The notes beneath the pieces were generated by a model, which had not been told where the DNA came from, did no database searches, and saw only the letters and a program-made list of their open reading frames with translations. Source: an uncultured Acidobacteriota bacterium (GTDB lineage: Bacteria; Acidobacteriota; Thermoanaerobaculia; UBA5066; Gp7-AA6). From it: a stretch of 64,000 nucleotides of DNA. The translations under genes and the position numbers were made by a program. The DNA lies in assembly GCA_963764715.1 (NCBI GenBank), contig CAVXTP010000009.1, positions 32,001-96,000 on the forward strand. Reading direction: 5' to 3'. Positions 51,758 to 64,000 of this stretch are shown in pieces. Within the stretch, counting starts at the first letter, position 1. Every line of letters begins with the position of its first letter.

Positions 51758-54351
51758 ATGAACATCTCGTCGGGTACACGGCTCGGACAATACGAGATCG
51801 TGGACCGCCTCGGCTCGGGCGGAATGGGGGAGGTCTACCGGGCGCGGGACACGCGCCTCGGGCGCGACGTCGCGCTCAAGGCCCTCTCGGGGGAGCTTTC
51901 CCTCGACCCGGCGCGGCTCTCGCGGTTCGAGGCCGAGGCCCGCTCGGCCTCGGCGCTCAACCACCCGAGCATCGTGACGATCCACGAGATCGGCCAGGAC
52001 GACGGGACGCCGTTCATCGTCATGGAGCTCGTCGACGGGAAGACCCTGCGCGAGCTGCTGTACACGGGGCGCCCTGCCGCTGCGGCGGACGGTCGCCCTG
52101 GCCGCCCAGCTCGCGGACGCCCTGGCCCGCGCCCACGAGGCCGGCATCGTGCACCGGGACCTGAAGCCCGAGAACGTGATGGTCACCCGCGACGGCCTGC
52201 TGAAGATCCTGGATTTCGGCCTGGCCAAGATCGAGAGCCGCGAGGGCGAGAACGGCGCCGACCGGCGGGACCTGACCGTCACCGAGGAGACGCGCGAGGG
52301 CGCCGTCGTCGGCACCTCCGGCTACATGTCGCCGGAGCAGGCGAGCGGCCAGCCGGTCGACTTCCGTTCCGACCAGTTCGCCTTCGGGACGGTGCTCTAC
52401 GAGATGCTGACCGGCAAGCGCGCCTTCCACGCTCCGTCGCGGGCCGAGACGCTGGCGGCGATCATCCGCGACGAGGCCGAGCCGATCGGGACGGTCGCGC
52501 CCAGGGTGCCGCCGCCGCTGCGCTGGATCGTCGAGCGCTGCCTCGCCAAGCTTCCCGAGGAGCGGTACGCCTCGACGCGCGACCTCGCGCGCGACCTGCA
52601 GAGCGTGCGCGACCACTTCTCGCAGATCGAAGGCGACGCCTCGCCCGCTCCTGCCGGTGCGGCGGCGCGCGCGGAGCTGGCTGCCGGCCGGCGTCGGACT
52701 GGCGGTCGCGGCGCTCGTCGCCTCGGCCTGGGTCTTCGGCGGCGCGTCGCGCGAGCGCGACCAGCCGTCCTTCCGGAGGCTGACGTACCGCGACGGCACC
52801 GTCTGGACCGCGCGCGTGGCGCCCGACGGGCAGACGATCGTCTACGGCGCAGCCTGGGGCCCGGGCCCGATCCGCATCTACTCGACCCGCCCCGAGATCC
52901 CCGAGTCCGTGCCGCTGCCGCTTCCGCCGGCGAACGTCCTCGCGATCTCGCCCGTCGGGCGAGATGGCCGTCTCGCTCGCCGCCCGGCCGGTGGGCCCGT
53001 TCGTGACCGTCGGCACGCTCGCGCGCTCGACGCTCGCCGGCGGGGGGCCGCGCGAGGTGCTCGAAGCGGTGCAGGCGGCCGACTGGGCCGCGGACGGCGC
53101 GAGCCTCGCCGTGGTGCGGACGGTCGACGGACGACAGCCGGCTGGAGTTTCCGATCGGCCGGACGCTCGTGGACCTTCCCTCCGGCTACGTGAGCCACCC
53201 GCGCGTCTCGCCGCGCGGCGATCTCGTCGCGTTCATCGAGCACCCGATGCGGGGCGACGACGGCGGCGTCGTCGTCCGTCGTCGACCGCGAGGGCCGCAA
53301 GCGCGCGCTCTCGCCGGGATGGATCAGCGCGCGCGGCCTCGCCTGGTCTCCCGATGGCGGAGAAGTGTGGTTCACGGCCGCTTCGGGCGGCGCCACCCGC
53401 TCGCTCCACGCCGTCACGCTCTCGGGCCGACGGCGGCTCGTCCTCCGGAGCCCCGGCGCCCTCACGCTCCACGACATCTCCCGCGAGGGCCGGGTGCTCC
53501 TCGCCCGCGAAGGCGCGCGCGAGGGGATCCTGGGTCTGCCTCCCGGGGCGGACCGCGAGCGCGAGCTTTCCTGGCACGACTGGTCGCGGCCGGTCGACCT
53601 GACGGCGGACGGCACGCAGATGCTCTTCGACGAGACGGGCGAGGGCGGAGGCTCCGGCTACGCGGTCTATCTCCGCGGCACCGATGGTTCCGAGGCCGTG
53701 CGCCTGGGCGACGGCCATGCCCTGGCTCTCTCGCCGGACGGCAAGTGGGCCCTCTCGACGCCCCACGCGACGCCCGCGGAGCTCGTCCTCCTGCCGACGG
53801 GCGCCGGTCAGCCGCGGCGTCTCGCGACCGGCCGCTTCGAGAACATCGTGCGTGCGGCGTGGGTCGCCGGCGGCGAGCGCCTCGTCGTCGGGGCCAACGA
53901 GCCCGGCCACGCGATCCGGCTGTACGTGCAGTCGGCCGAGGGCGGCGGCGTCCGGCCGATCACCCCCGAGGGCGCCGGAGCGGCCTGGGCCGTTTCGCCG
54001 GACGGCGGGAGCGTCGCCGCCCTCGATCCGGCGCGCCGCCTCGTCATCTACTCCGTCGACGGCGGCGAGCCGGCCGCGGTTCGCGGGACCGAGGACGGCG
54101 ACGTTCCGGTGCGCTTCACGCCCGACGGCCGGGCCCTCTTCGTGCTCACCCGCGGCGACGGCGCGCGCGCCGAGGTCCACCGCATCGAGCTCGCGAGCGG
54201 CGACCGCAGACTCTGGAAGGAGCTCGCGCCGCCCGACCCGGTCGGCGTCTACGGAGTTCCGCGCGTCCTGCTCTCGGCCGACGCGGGATCCTACGTCTAC
54301 TCGTACGTGCGGCTGCTCGACGAGCTCTTCCTGGTCGACGGGCTGCGGTAG
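51758..54351 (+). CDS. Hanks-type Ser/Thr kinase with a TM segment and TolB/WD40-like propeller (several frameshifts)
   Basis: [33 protein letters not shown] and SPDG repeats. Confidence 0.92.
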
Positions 54352-54427
54352 CGCGAAGCGCGCCGGAGCGCGGCGTCGCCTCGCGCGGGAACAATGCCGC
54401 GGGGCCCGATGTTAGACTTGTCTTCCA

Positions 54428-55831
54428 ATGGCGTACCGGGGCGGCTTCTCGGACGAATGCGGCGTCTTCGGCGTCTGCGATTCCGACGACGCGGCCAACC
54501 TGGCGTACCTCGGCCTCTACGCCCTCCAGCACCGCGGCCAGGAGTCGGCCGGAATAGCGTCGCTCGACGACGGTAAGATCCACGTCGAGCGGGAGATGGG
54601 GTACGTCGCCGACGTCTTCGGGGAGGCGCGCCTCTCGCGATTGCCCGGCCGGACGGCCATCGGCCACGTCCGGTACTCGACGGCCGGGGCCTCGCTCCTC
54701 GCCAACGCCCAGCCGCTCGTCTTCGCCACGGGCCGCGGCCCGCTCGCCCTGGGGCACAACGGTAACCTCGTGAACGCGCGGGAGATCCGCGCCTCGCTCG
54801 AGGCCCAGGGGGCCCTCTTCACGACGACCTCCGACTCCGAGGTCTTCCTCCACCTGGTCGCCCGGTCCCAGTCGCCCACGCTGACGGGGGCGATCGCGGA
54901 CGCCCTGACGGAGGTCCGCGGCGCCTACTCGCTCGTCATCTTGTCCCGAGAAGGCATCTTCGCCGTGCGCGACCCGCACGGCATCCGCCCGCTGTCGCTC
55001 GGGATGCGCGAAGGCTCGCCCGTCGTGGCGTCCGAGACGTGCGCCTTCGACCTCATCGGGGCGAAGTTCGAGCGCGACGTCGAGCCGGGCGAGATCGTCC
55101 GTCTCTCGCGCGACGGCTTCTCCTCGCACCGGTTCGCGTTCCCGGTCTCGACGCCCTGCGTCTTCGAGCACGTCTACTTCGCGCGCCCGGACTCGATGGT
55201 GTTCGGCCGGAGCGTCGCCGCGACCCGGCAGGGATTCGGGCGGCGGCTCGCGAAGGAGCATCCGGCGCAGGCCGACGTCGTCGTCGCCGTGCCGGACTCG
55301 GGGATGTACCCGGCGCTCGGCTACGCCGAGGAGTCGGGGATCCCGTTCGCGCTCGGGCTCGTCCGCAACCACTACGTCGGGCGCACCTTCATCGAGCCCA
55401 AGCAGTCGATCCGCCACTTCGGCGTGAAGGTCAAGCTCAACCCGGTCCGCGAGGTCGTGCAGGGCAAGCGCGTCGTCCTCGTGGACGACTCGATCGTCCG
55501 CGGGACGACCTCCCGCAAGATCGTGCGGATGCTGCGGGAAGCCGGGGCGAAGGAAGTGCACGTGCGCGTCTCGTCTCCGCCGACGATGAACAGCTGCCAC
55601 TACGGCATCGACACGCCGACGCGCTCCGAGCTCATCGCGGCCAATCAGTCCGTCGACGAGATCCGCAAGTACATCGAGGCCGACTCCCTCGGCTACCTCT
55701 CCGTCGAGGGCATGCTCGAGACCTTCGGACGCCCGCAGCAGGCGACCTGCACGGCCTGCTTCACGGGCATCTATCCCGTCGAGATCGAGGAAGAGGAGCG
55801 CGAGAAGGAAAACGCGCTCGACGCGAAGTAG
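54428..55831 (+). CDS. purF: Amidophosphoribosyltransferase
   Basis: ECGVFG, LQHRGQE, GHVRYST and VDDSIVRGTT. Confidence 0.97.
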   Translation: MAYRGGFSDECGVFGVCDSDDAANLAYLGLYALQHRGQESAGIASLDDGKIHVEREMGYVADVFGEARLSRLPGRTAIGHVRYSTAGASLLANAQPLVFATGRGPLALGHNGNLVNAREIRASLEAQGALFTTTSDSEVFLHLVARSQSPTLTGAIADALTEVRGAYSLVILSREGIFAVRDPHGIRPLSLGMREGSPVVASETCAFDLIGAKFERDVEPGEIVRLSRDGFSSHRFAFPVSTPCVFEHVYFARPDSMVFGRSVAATRQGFGRRLAKEHPAQADVVVAVPDSGMYPALGYAEESGIPFALGLVRNHYVGRTFIEPKQSIRHFGVKVKLNPVREVVQGKRVVLVDDSIVRGTTSRKIVRMLREAGAKEVHVRVSSPPTMNSCHYGIDTPTRSELIAANQSVDEIRKYIEADSLGYLSVEGMLETFGRPQQATCTACFTGIYPVEIEEEEREKENALDAK

Positions 55832-55867
55832 GCCCGGCCCGAGGGAGCGACGGCGGGCGATCGTCAC

Positions 55868-57571
55868 GTGAAGCGCGGGTCGGCTCTGGCCGCGGCCGCC
55901 GTTGCGGTCGCGACGGCCGGGCTCTTCGTGCTCTCCCGCGGCAGGTGGTCCGACGCCCTGATCGACTCGGGCCGCGAGTGGATCGTGCCGGACGCCCTCG
56001 CGCGCGGCGGCCTTCTCTATCGCGACGTCGTCTACTGGTTCGGTCCGTGGACGCCCTACGCGCACGCGGCCGTCTTCAAGCTCGTCGGTTCTGGCTTCGG
56101 CCCGCTGGTGTTCGCCGGCGTTCTCGGCGCCCTGGCGGTGCTCGCGTCGTTCGCGTACGCCGTCCGCCGTGTCGCCGGCCCGCTCGAGAGCGGTCTCGCC
56201 ACGGGCCTCGCGATCCCGGTGCTCGTGTTCATGCCGGCCGCGGGGGGAGCGATCCTCGGAATGGGATACCGGATGTGGCACGCGGCGGGCTTCGGGCTCC
56301 TCGCGCTCGCCGCGGCCGCCTCGGTCCGTTCCCGCCGCGCGACCGCCGTGGCTTCCGGCGCGCTCGCGGCCCTCGCCGGCCTCTGCCGGACCGAGTGGGG
56401 GCTGATGGCGCTCGCCGCCGCCGCTCTCGTCGTCCTGCGCGCGACCCGTTCCGGGAGCGCCGCGCGCCTGGCGTGGCTCCTCGCCGCCTTTCTTCTGACG
56501 TCGGGCGCCGGGTGGGCCGCCTTCCTTCTGACCGCCGGGCCGGACGTCCTCCTGCGGGAGTCGCCGGTCTTCCTTCTCAATATTCCGGAGGCGACGCGCG
56601 CTCACGTCGTTCCTTCGCTGGCGATCGGGTGGGCGGCGCTCGGGAACCTCGTCTACGCCTGCGCCGTCGGAGCGGGGGCCGTCTTCCTGCTCCGGGCGCT
56701 CTCCTCGCCGCGCGATTCCCGGGCCGCGCGCTCGAGCCTCGTCGCGACGGCGGCCCTCCTCGCCGTGGCGCTCGTCGCCGCGCTCGCGGGCGGGCTCTCG
56801 GGCCCGTCGGCCTACAGCGCCGCCCCGGCCGTCTGTGCGGCCGCGGTCGTCGTCGGCTGGCGGCGGGGACGCGGCCCGCGGGCCGCCCTCCTTCTCGGGC
56901 TCGGAGTGATCGGGCTCCTCGCCCTCCACCGCCGCCTCTTCTTCATCGGAGACGGTCCCTACGTGGCGCCACCGCTTCTCTTCGCGCTCGCCTGCGCGGC
57001 GGGCCTCGCCCGGCAGGCCATGCTCCGCCGTCGCGAACGGGCCGGCCGCCGCCGTCTTCGGACGAGCTATCGGCTGGCGGCCGCCGCGCTGATCGTCTTT
57101 GCGTTCCTGGACCGCGCCGTCGCCTACGCGCGCGACGAGCGCGTCTGGATCGGCGGCACCGGGCGCATGCTGTCCGCGCGCTCCGAGGACGCCCGCGACA
57201 TCGAGGACCTCGCCGCCCGGATCCGGGGTCTCTGCCGAGGCGACGGCGGGCTCGTCGCATTTCCGGAGGGCGAGCTCTTCAACGAGCTGACCGGCTGGCG
57301 CAACCCGCTCCGGCACAAGCTCTATCTCCCGGGATACCTGACGGCCGAGAACGAGCCGGCCGTCCTCCGGGAGCTCGAGGCCGCGAGGCCGGCGGCCGTC
57401 GTGATTCTTTCACGCGCCACCGGGGAGTACGGCGGCGGTCAGTTCGGCCAGGGTTACGGGGCCCGAATCCGGGCGTGGATCGAGACCGACTATGAAGCGC
57501 GAACGCGCAACGGCGTCGCAACCCTCTTCGTCCGGCGCGGCGCCCCGGCCTGCGGGAGCGTGTCGCCCTGA
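55868..57571 (+). CDS. Polytopic membrane protein, putative GT-C/ArnT-like glycosyltransferase
   Basis: DSGRE...GGLLYRDVVYWFGPWTPY, many TM segments and a C-terminal periplasmic domain. Confidence 0.65.
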   Translation: MKRGSALAAAAVAVATAGLFVLSRGRWSDALIDSGREWIVPDALARGGLLYRDVVYWFGPWTPYAHAAVFKLVGSGFGPLVFAGVLGALAVLASFAYAVRRVAGPLESGLATGLAIPVLVFMPAAGGAILGMGYRMWHAAGFGLLALAAAASVRSRRATAVASGALAALAGLCRTEWGLMALAAAALVVLRATRSGSAARLAWLLAAFLLTSGAGWAAFLLTAGPDVLLRESPVFLLNIPEATRAHVVPSLAIGWAALGNLVYACAVGAGAVFLLRALSSPRDSRAARSSLVATAALLAVALVAALAGGLSGPSAYSAAPAVCAAAVVVGWRRGRGPRAALLLGLGVIGLLALHRRLFFIGDGPYVAPPLLFALACAAGLARQAMLRRRERAGRRRLRTSYRLAAAALIVFAFLDRAVAYARDERVWIGGTGRMLSARSEDARDIEDLAARIRGLCRGDGGLVAFPEGELFNELTGWRNPLRHKLYLPGYLTAENEPAVLRELEAARPAAVVILSRATGEYGGGQFGQGYGARIRAWIETDYEARTRNGVATLFVRRGAPACGSVSP

Positions 57572-59301
57572 TCGAAACGTCGAACGCGGCGGCCGAAATC
57601 CGCGCCCGGCGGATCGCCTGGCTTCCGGAGCTCCTTTACCTCGGGGCGACGTCCGCGATCGGGCTTCTCGCGGGGGGCCGATGGCTCACGCCCGAGGGAG
57701 ACATCGGGGCGTGGTGGTCGCTGAGCCATCGGCTCGCGACGGGGGCGCGGCTCTATCGCGACGTGTATCCGGGCCAGTACGGCCCGCTCTCGCCGTACCT
57801 GCTCGCCTGGACGGAGCGTATTTTCGGCGTCTCGGCGGGGGAGTTCCTGCTCGTCAACTGGCTCTCCGGAGTCCTCGCCGGCGGCGTCCTGCTGTTCCTG
57901 TCGCGGCGCCTTCTCACGACCCTCGAACGCTGCGGACTGGCGGGAGTGATCATCGCGACCTCCGTCCTCGCGCCGGGCCCCGGACGGCTCGTCTACTCCT
58001 ATGCGCCCGGCGCGGTCCATGCGCTCGTGCTCGCGCTCCTGGCGCTGATGTTCGTCGGCCGGAGTCCCTCGCCGACGGTCCGCGACGCGGCCCTCGCGGG
58101 GCTCCTCGCCGGCCTCGCTTTCGGCTGCAAGCAGGAGATCGGCATGGCCGCGGCGGCGGCTCTCTGGGCGCCCCTCGTGATTTCGGGAAGCGAAGGCCTC
58201 GCGGGAGCGCGCCTGCGATGGGCTTGCGCGACGGCGGCCGGGTTCGCGGCGGGAGTGTTGCCGGCGGCGGCGATCGCCTTCTCCGCGGCGTCCCTCGGCT
58301 CGCTCCGGGCGGACAGCCGCGTCTGGCCTCTCGTCCTGCATCCGGGAGGAGACTGGGAGACGGCCTATCGGCGCATCGCAGGGCTCACGGTCTCGAACTG
58401 GCCCGGCATGGTTCGCAGCGCCGCGTGGACGGTCCTCGCCGTTCTCGTCGTCGTGGCGGCCGCCGTCGCGATCGCGAAGAAGGAGAAGGGCGCTTCCTGG
58501 GTGCGCCTCGCCCTCGCCTCCGCCTTCCTCGTTGCCTGGCGGCTCGCCGACCCGGCCCGTCTCGGCGCGGACGCGGACCCCATCGTTCTGTCTTCCGTGG
58601 CGGCCGCGCTCGTCCTGGCCGGGGGGCTCGCCGGTCGAATCGAGAACCGGGTGCTCGTGGTTTCCGTCGCCGCGTTCGCCCTCCTCGTCAGCCTGCGCAC
58701 GGTCGTCTCGGCCGAGGCCGGCGACCACTATGCCGGCGTCGCGCACCTCGCGACGGCGCTGACCTGGGCCATCCTGATCTGCCGGATGGCTCCGGGAACC
58801 TTCGTCGGGCCGGGGCCGCTCTCCTCGACGATTCGCACCGCCTTCGGCGCCGTGTTCCTGATCGTCGGATGGTCCGGCGTGATCTCCGCGGGGATGGCGC
58901 TCGGGACGACCGCCAACGAGCCCTACGTCTCGCCGCGCGGAACGGTATTCGTCAAGAATGCCGGATTCTTTTCGCGGCTCGAGAAAGAGCTTCGGCCGGA
59001 GGATCGGGTCCTGGCGCTGCCCGAGCCCTACGGCCTCGAGCCGATCTTCGGCGTCCGCCCGTGGTCGAAGCGTCTCCTCCATCTCCCGCCGGCCATGAAG
59101 GAGACCGAGGCTCGGCTCCTCCTCGAGCTGGAGCGCGATCCGCCGGACGCGGTCGTCGTCTTCGACCGGCCCACCCCGGAGTACGGCGTCGACGCGTTCG
59201 GCCGCGGCTACGGGCGGGCGACGAGCGAGTGGCTCGCCCGCCACTGCGCCGGGCGAGATTCCCCGGGTGGCGCGATCGGCCGCTGCGGGACGCCGCGCTG
59301 A
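57568..59301 (+). CDS. Second GT-C-like polytopic membrane protein, paralogue of the preceding gene
   Basis: DIG...GARLYRDVYPGQYGPLSPY, KQE and EYGVDAFGRGYG. Homology extends upstream of the GTG at 57763 to a CTG at 57568. Confidence 0.62.
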   Translation: MIETSNAAAEIRARRIAWLPELLYLGATSAIGLLAGGRWLTPEGDIGAWWSLSHRLATGARLYRDVYPGQYGPLSPYLLAWTERIFGVSAGEFLLVNWLSGVLAGGVLLFLSRRLLTTLERCGLAGVIIATSVLAPGPGRLVYSYAPGAVHALVLALLALMFVGRSPSPTVRDAALAGLLAGLAFGCKQEIGMAAAAALWAPLVISGSEGLAGARLRWACATAAGFAAGVLPAAAIAFSAASLGSLRADSRVWPLVLHPGGDWETAYRRIAGLTVSNWPGMVRSAAWTVLAVLVVVAAAVAIAKKEKGASWVRLALASAFLVAWRLADPARLGADADPIVLSSVAAALVLAGGLAGRIENRVLVVSVAAFALLVSLRTVVSAEAGDHYAGVAHLATALTWAILICRMAPGTFVGPGPLSSTIRTAFGAVFLIVGWSGVISAGMALGTTANEPYVSPRGTVFVKNAGFFSRLEKELRPEDRVLALPEPYGLEPIFGVRPWSKRLLHLPPAMKETEARLLLELERDPPDAVVVFDRPTPEYGVDAFGRGYGRATSEWLARHCAGRDSPGGAIGRCGTPR

Positions 59302-59398
59302 TCGGGTCGCCGCGGGGGGACGCGGCGCTGAACGTGTCGCCGCGGGTGGGCGCAGCGCTCGTGTCGTGGCGCGAGGGCACCCGTATAATGCCGCTCTC

Positions 59399-60445
59399 TT
59401 GACGACCTCCCGCTATGCCGACGCCGGCGTCGACATCGACGCGAAGGCGGCTGCGCTCGCCCGCGCGAAGGCGGCCATCCGCTCGACCTTCACGCCGGGA
59501 GTGCTCGGCGACGTCGGCGGGTTCGGCGGGCTCTTCCGGCCCGATTTCTCGAAGTACCGCGAACCCGTGCTCGTGGGCTCGACCGACGGCGTCGGCACGA
59601 AGCTCAAGGTCGCGATCGACATGGGCCGCCACGACTCCTGCGGCGCGGACCTCGTCAATCACTGCGTCAACGACATCCTCGTCCAGGGCGCGCGGCCGCT
59701 CTTCTTCCTGGACTACGTGGCGACCGGGAAGGTCGAGCCCGGCTTGATCGAGAGCGTGATCGAGGGCATCGCCCGCGGCTGCCGCGAGAACGGCACGGCG
59801 CTCCTCGGCGGAGAAACGGCCGAGATGCCGGGCTTCTATGCGCCGGGCGAGTACGACGTCGCCGGAACGATCGTCGGCGTCGTCGACCGGGAGAAGATCG
59901 TCGACGGCTCGCGGATCACGGCGGGCGACATCGCCGTCGGCCTTCCGTCGGTCGGGCTCCAGACCAACGGCTACACGCTCGCGCGCAAAGTCTTCTTCGA
60001 CCGCATGGGCCGCAAGCCCCAGGACCGCCTGGACGAGCTCGGAGGCCGGGCGATCGGCGACGTGCTCCTCGATCCGCACCTCTCGTACCTGCGGCCGGTC
60101 GAGCCGCTCCTCGACGCGGGCCTCGTTCACGGCCTCGCGCACCTGACGGGCGGAGGGTTCTACGACAACATTCCGCGCGTGCTTCCGCAGGGGCTCGACG
60201 TCGTCGTCAAGGCCGGGGCCTGGCCGGTGCCGCCGGTCTTCGAGGTCATCCGGCGCGAAGGCGAGGTCTCGTTCGAGGAGATGCACCGCGTCTTCAACAT
60301 GGGGATCGGCATGGTCGTGTTCCTCGCGGCCGGAGATCTGGCGCGCGCCGCCGAGATCTGGAAGGCCTCGGGCCAGCGCTGGTTCGCGATCGGCAACGTC
60401 AAGAGCGGCCGCCACCACGTCGTCGTCGAGCCGCCGCCCGCCTGA
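59399..60445 (+). CDS. purM: AIR synthase
   Basis: YADAGVDI, STDGVGTK, GGETAEMP and FNMGIG. Confidence 0.96.
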   Translation: MTTSRYADAGVDIDAKAAALARAKAAIRSTFTPGVLGDVGGFGGLFRPDFSKYREPVLVGSTDGVGTKLKVAIDMGRHDSCGADLVNHCVNDILVQGARPLFFLDYVATGKVEPGLIESVIEGIARGCRENGTALLGGETAEMPGFYAPGEYDVAGTIVGVVDREKIVDGSRITAGDIAVGLPSVGLQTNGYTLARKVFFDRMGRKPQDRLDELGGRAIGDVLLDPHLSYLRPVEPLLDAGLVHGLAHLTGGGFYDNIPRVLPQGLDVVVKAGAWPVPPVFEVIRREGEVSFEEMHRVFNMGIGMVVFLAAGDLARAAEIWKASGQRWFAIGNVKSGRHHVVVEPPPA

Positions 60446-60446
60446 C

Positions 60447-61037
60447 GTGGCGATGCGGCGCCTCGCGGTCCTGCTCTCCGGCCGCGGCTCCAACTTCGAA
60501 GCGATCGCCGACGCAGTCGAGCGCGGCGCGATCCCGGACGCCGAGATCGTGGCGGTCGTCTCGGACGTTCCGCAGGCGCCCGGGCTCGCGAAGGCGAAGG
60601 AGCGCGGCCTCCCGTCTTTCGCGGTCGATCGCTCGGCCTTCGCCTCACGGCGCGCGCACGAGGACGCGATCCTCGCGCTGCTCGCCGAGCGGCGCCCCGA
60701 TCTCGTCTGCCTGGCGGGCTACATGCGCCTGCTCTCGCCCGGGTTCGTCGCCCGCTGGCGGGGACGGATCCTCAACATCCACCCGGCGCTCCTGCCGAAG
60801 TTTCCCGGCCTCGACGTTCAGCGCCGGGCTCTCGAGGCCGGCGAGACCGAATCCGGCTGCACGGTCCACTTCGTCGACGAGGGGACGGACACCGGCCCGA
60901 TCGTCCTGCAGCGCAAAGTCCCTATCCTTCAAGGAGATACGGAGGCGACCCTCTCGGCCCGCATCCTCGCGGAAGAGCACCGGGCCTACCCCGAGGCGAT
61001 CGCGCACGTCCTCGACGAGCTCGAAAAGAGGGCCTGA
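60447..61037 (+). CDS. purN: GAR formyltransferase
   Basis: SGRGSN, LAGYMRLL, NIHPALLP and GCTVHFV. Confidence 0.96.
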   Translation: MAMRRLAVLLSGRGSNFEAIADAVERGAIPDAEIVAVVSDVPQAPGLAKAKERGLPSFAVDRSAFASRRAHEDAILALLAERRPDLVCLAGYMRLLSPGFVARWRGRILNIHPALLPKFPGLDVQRRALEAGETESGCTVHFVDEGTDTGPIVLQRKVPILQGDTEATLSARILAEEHRAYPEAIAHVLDELEKRA

Positions 61038-61116
61038 AGATGCACCGGAAACTGTGCAGTCCGACCTCGACGAAAGGCCCGTATTCATTGACGTTTTCGC
61101 AACTTTTCGATTTGTC

Positions 61117-61145
61117 TTGACAGGGCGATTGCGGGGCCCTATATT
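61117..61145 (+). promoter_or_regulatory. rRNA operon sigma70 promoter
   Basis: TTGACA-N17-TATATT followed by a C-rich discriminator. Confidence 0.8.
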
Positions 61146-61492
61146 CCGCTTCCCCGCAAGGGTTGGTTCTTTCCAAGGCTTCTTCCCGGCGTGAGCCGTC
61201 CGCGTGACGGCGGGACGCGCGTCGCGTTTTTCGCTGACGGGATGGGACGAAGTTGAGCTAAACTGGAAGGTCCGTCGCAAGGCGGATTTTTTAGGTGGTC
61301 GCGCCGGCGGTACGGCGCGGCTTTCGGGCGCCGCGAGGGGCCCGGGGGCGCGGTTCCTTGAAAACTGAGTAGAGCGTGCCAGACGTCTTTTTCCTGCTTT
61401 TTTTGAAAAAGCAGAGTTTTCGGAAACTTACTTCAGGGTTTGACTCGCATCAATCGGCCAGGGCGTAAGCCCGAGCCGTGCGAACACTTTAA

Positions 61493-63052
<1,560 letters not shown>

Positions 63053-63265
63053 GAGTTCTTCTCGCTGCCCCTCTCTCATGGGGGAGCGGACGAGACACTC
63101 GAAGGTCGATCGTCTGGCGCCGACTTCGTCGGCAAACGCCTCTACTCAGTTTTGAAGGTATCGGCTCTCGGGGCCATCCTGGGCCCGGCCGTGTTCTTTG
63201 AAGTCATCGATACGGGATAGGGCGGGGACCCTTCGAGGCCCCCGAACCCCCCGGCTTTCCCCACT

Positions 63266-63343
63266 GGGCCTATAGCTCAGTTGGTTTAGAGCACACGCCT
63301 GATAAGCGTGAGGTCGGTAGTTCGAATCTACCTAGGCCCACCA
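63266..63343 (+). tRNA. tRNA-Ile(GAT)
   Basis: GGGCCTA...CTGATAA...TTCGAAT...TAGGCCCACCA. Confidence 0.97.
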
Positions 63344-63363
63344 GTTTTCAGTCGACCTCACGT

Positions 63364-63439
63364 GGGGCTGTAGCTCAGCTGGGAGAGCGGCGGCTTTGCA
63401 AGCCGTAGGTCGCCGGTTCGATTCCGGTCAGCTCCACCA
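63364..63439 (+). tRNA. tRNA-Ala(TGC)
   Basis: GGGGCTG...TTTGCAA...TTCGATT...CAGCTCCACCA. Confidence 0.97.
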
Positions 63440-63442
63440 TTT

Positions 63443-63470
63443 CAGGCGGCAGACGGCAGGCGGCAGGCGG
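63443..63470. repeat. 7-nt tandem array in the rRNA spacer
   Basis: CAGGCGG CAGACGG CAGGCGG CAGGCGG. Confidence 0.7.
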
Positions 63471-63608
63471 CTTCGATGACTCGATCAGGACGGCGCGGAT
63501 GAGAAAGCTCCTTGCACGAGGCGAGGGGCTTTTTGATCCGCGGTGATCAGGATCTTTGACAAGAGAGTCGGGTAAACGATTACAACATTCGCGTCTTAGG
63601 TATTTTAT

Positions 63609-64000
<392 letters not shown>

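Overview
A very GC-rich bacterial chromosome segment. The 16S rRNA and gene content suggest Acidobacteriota, probably Thermoanaerobaculia-like, but this is an inference. About 18 genes, including conserved housekeeping ones, carry single-base frameshifts that look like long-read consensus errors. In order the window holds: a FAD-oxidoreductase/methyltransferase unit led by a 57-aa FabF-like remnant; moeA; galU; a beta-propeller protein; a type IV pilus operon pilB-pilT-pilC-pilS-pilR ending in a DUF192 gene instead of pilA; an LPS cluster (kdtA, lpxK, lpxL, waaF, rfaE, waaC) interrupted by an HNH nuclease; an ECF sigma/anti-sigma pair heading a second T2SS/T4P-like operon; an M16 peptidase; dut; purSQL; truA; a MocR regulator with a duplicated operator; a TonB-dependent receptor; a wHTH-FHA regulator plus Ser/Thr kinase module; purF, two GT-C-like membrane proteins, purM and purN; and an rRNA operon (16S, tRNA-Ile, tRNA-Ala, partial 23S). 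Non-genic structure includes three families of dispersed repeats (7-nt tandem arrays, GGGGTCAGGTCTTCA hairpins and GTAG-type REPs), many leaderless -10 promoters and three sigma54 promoters. I found no CRISPR array, transposase or prophage.
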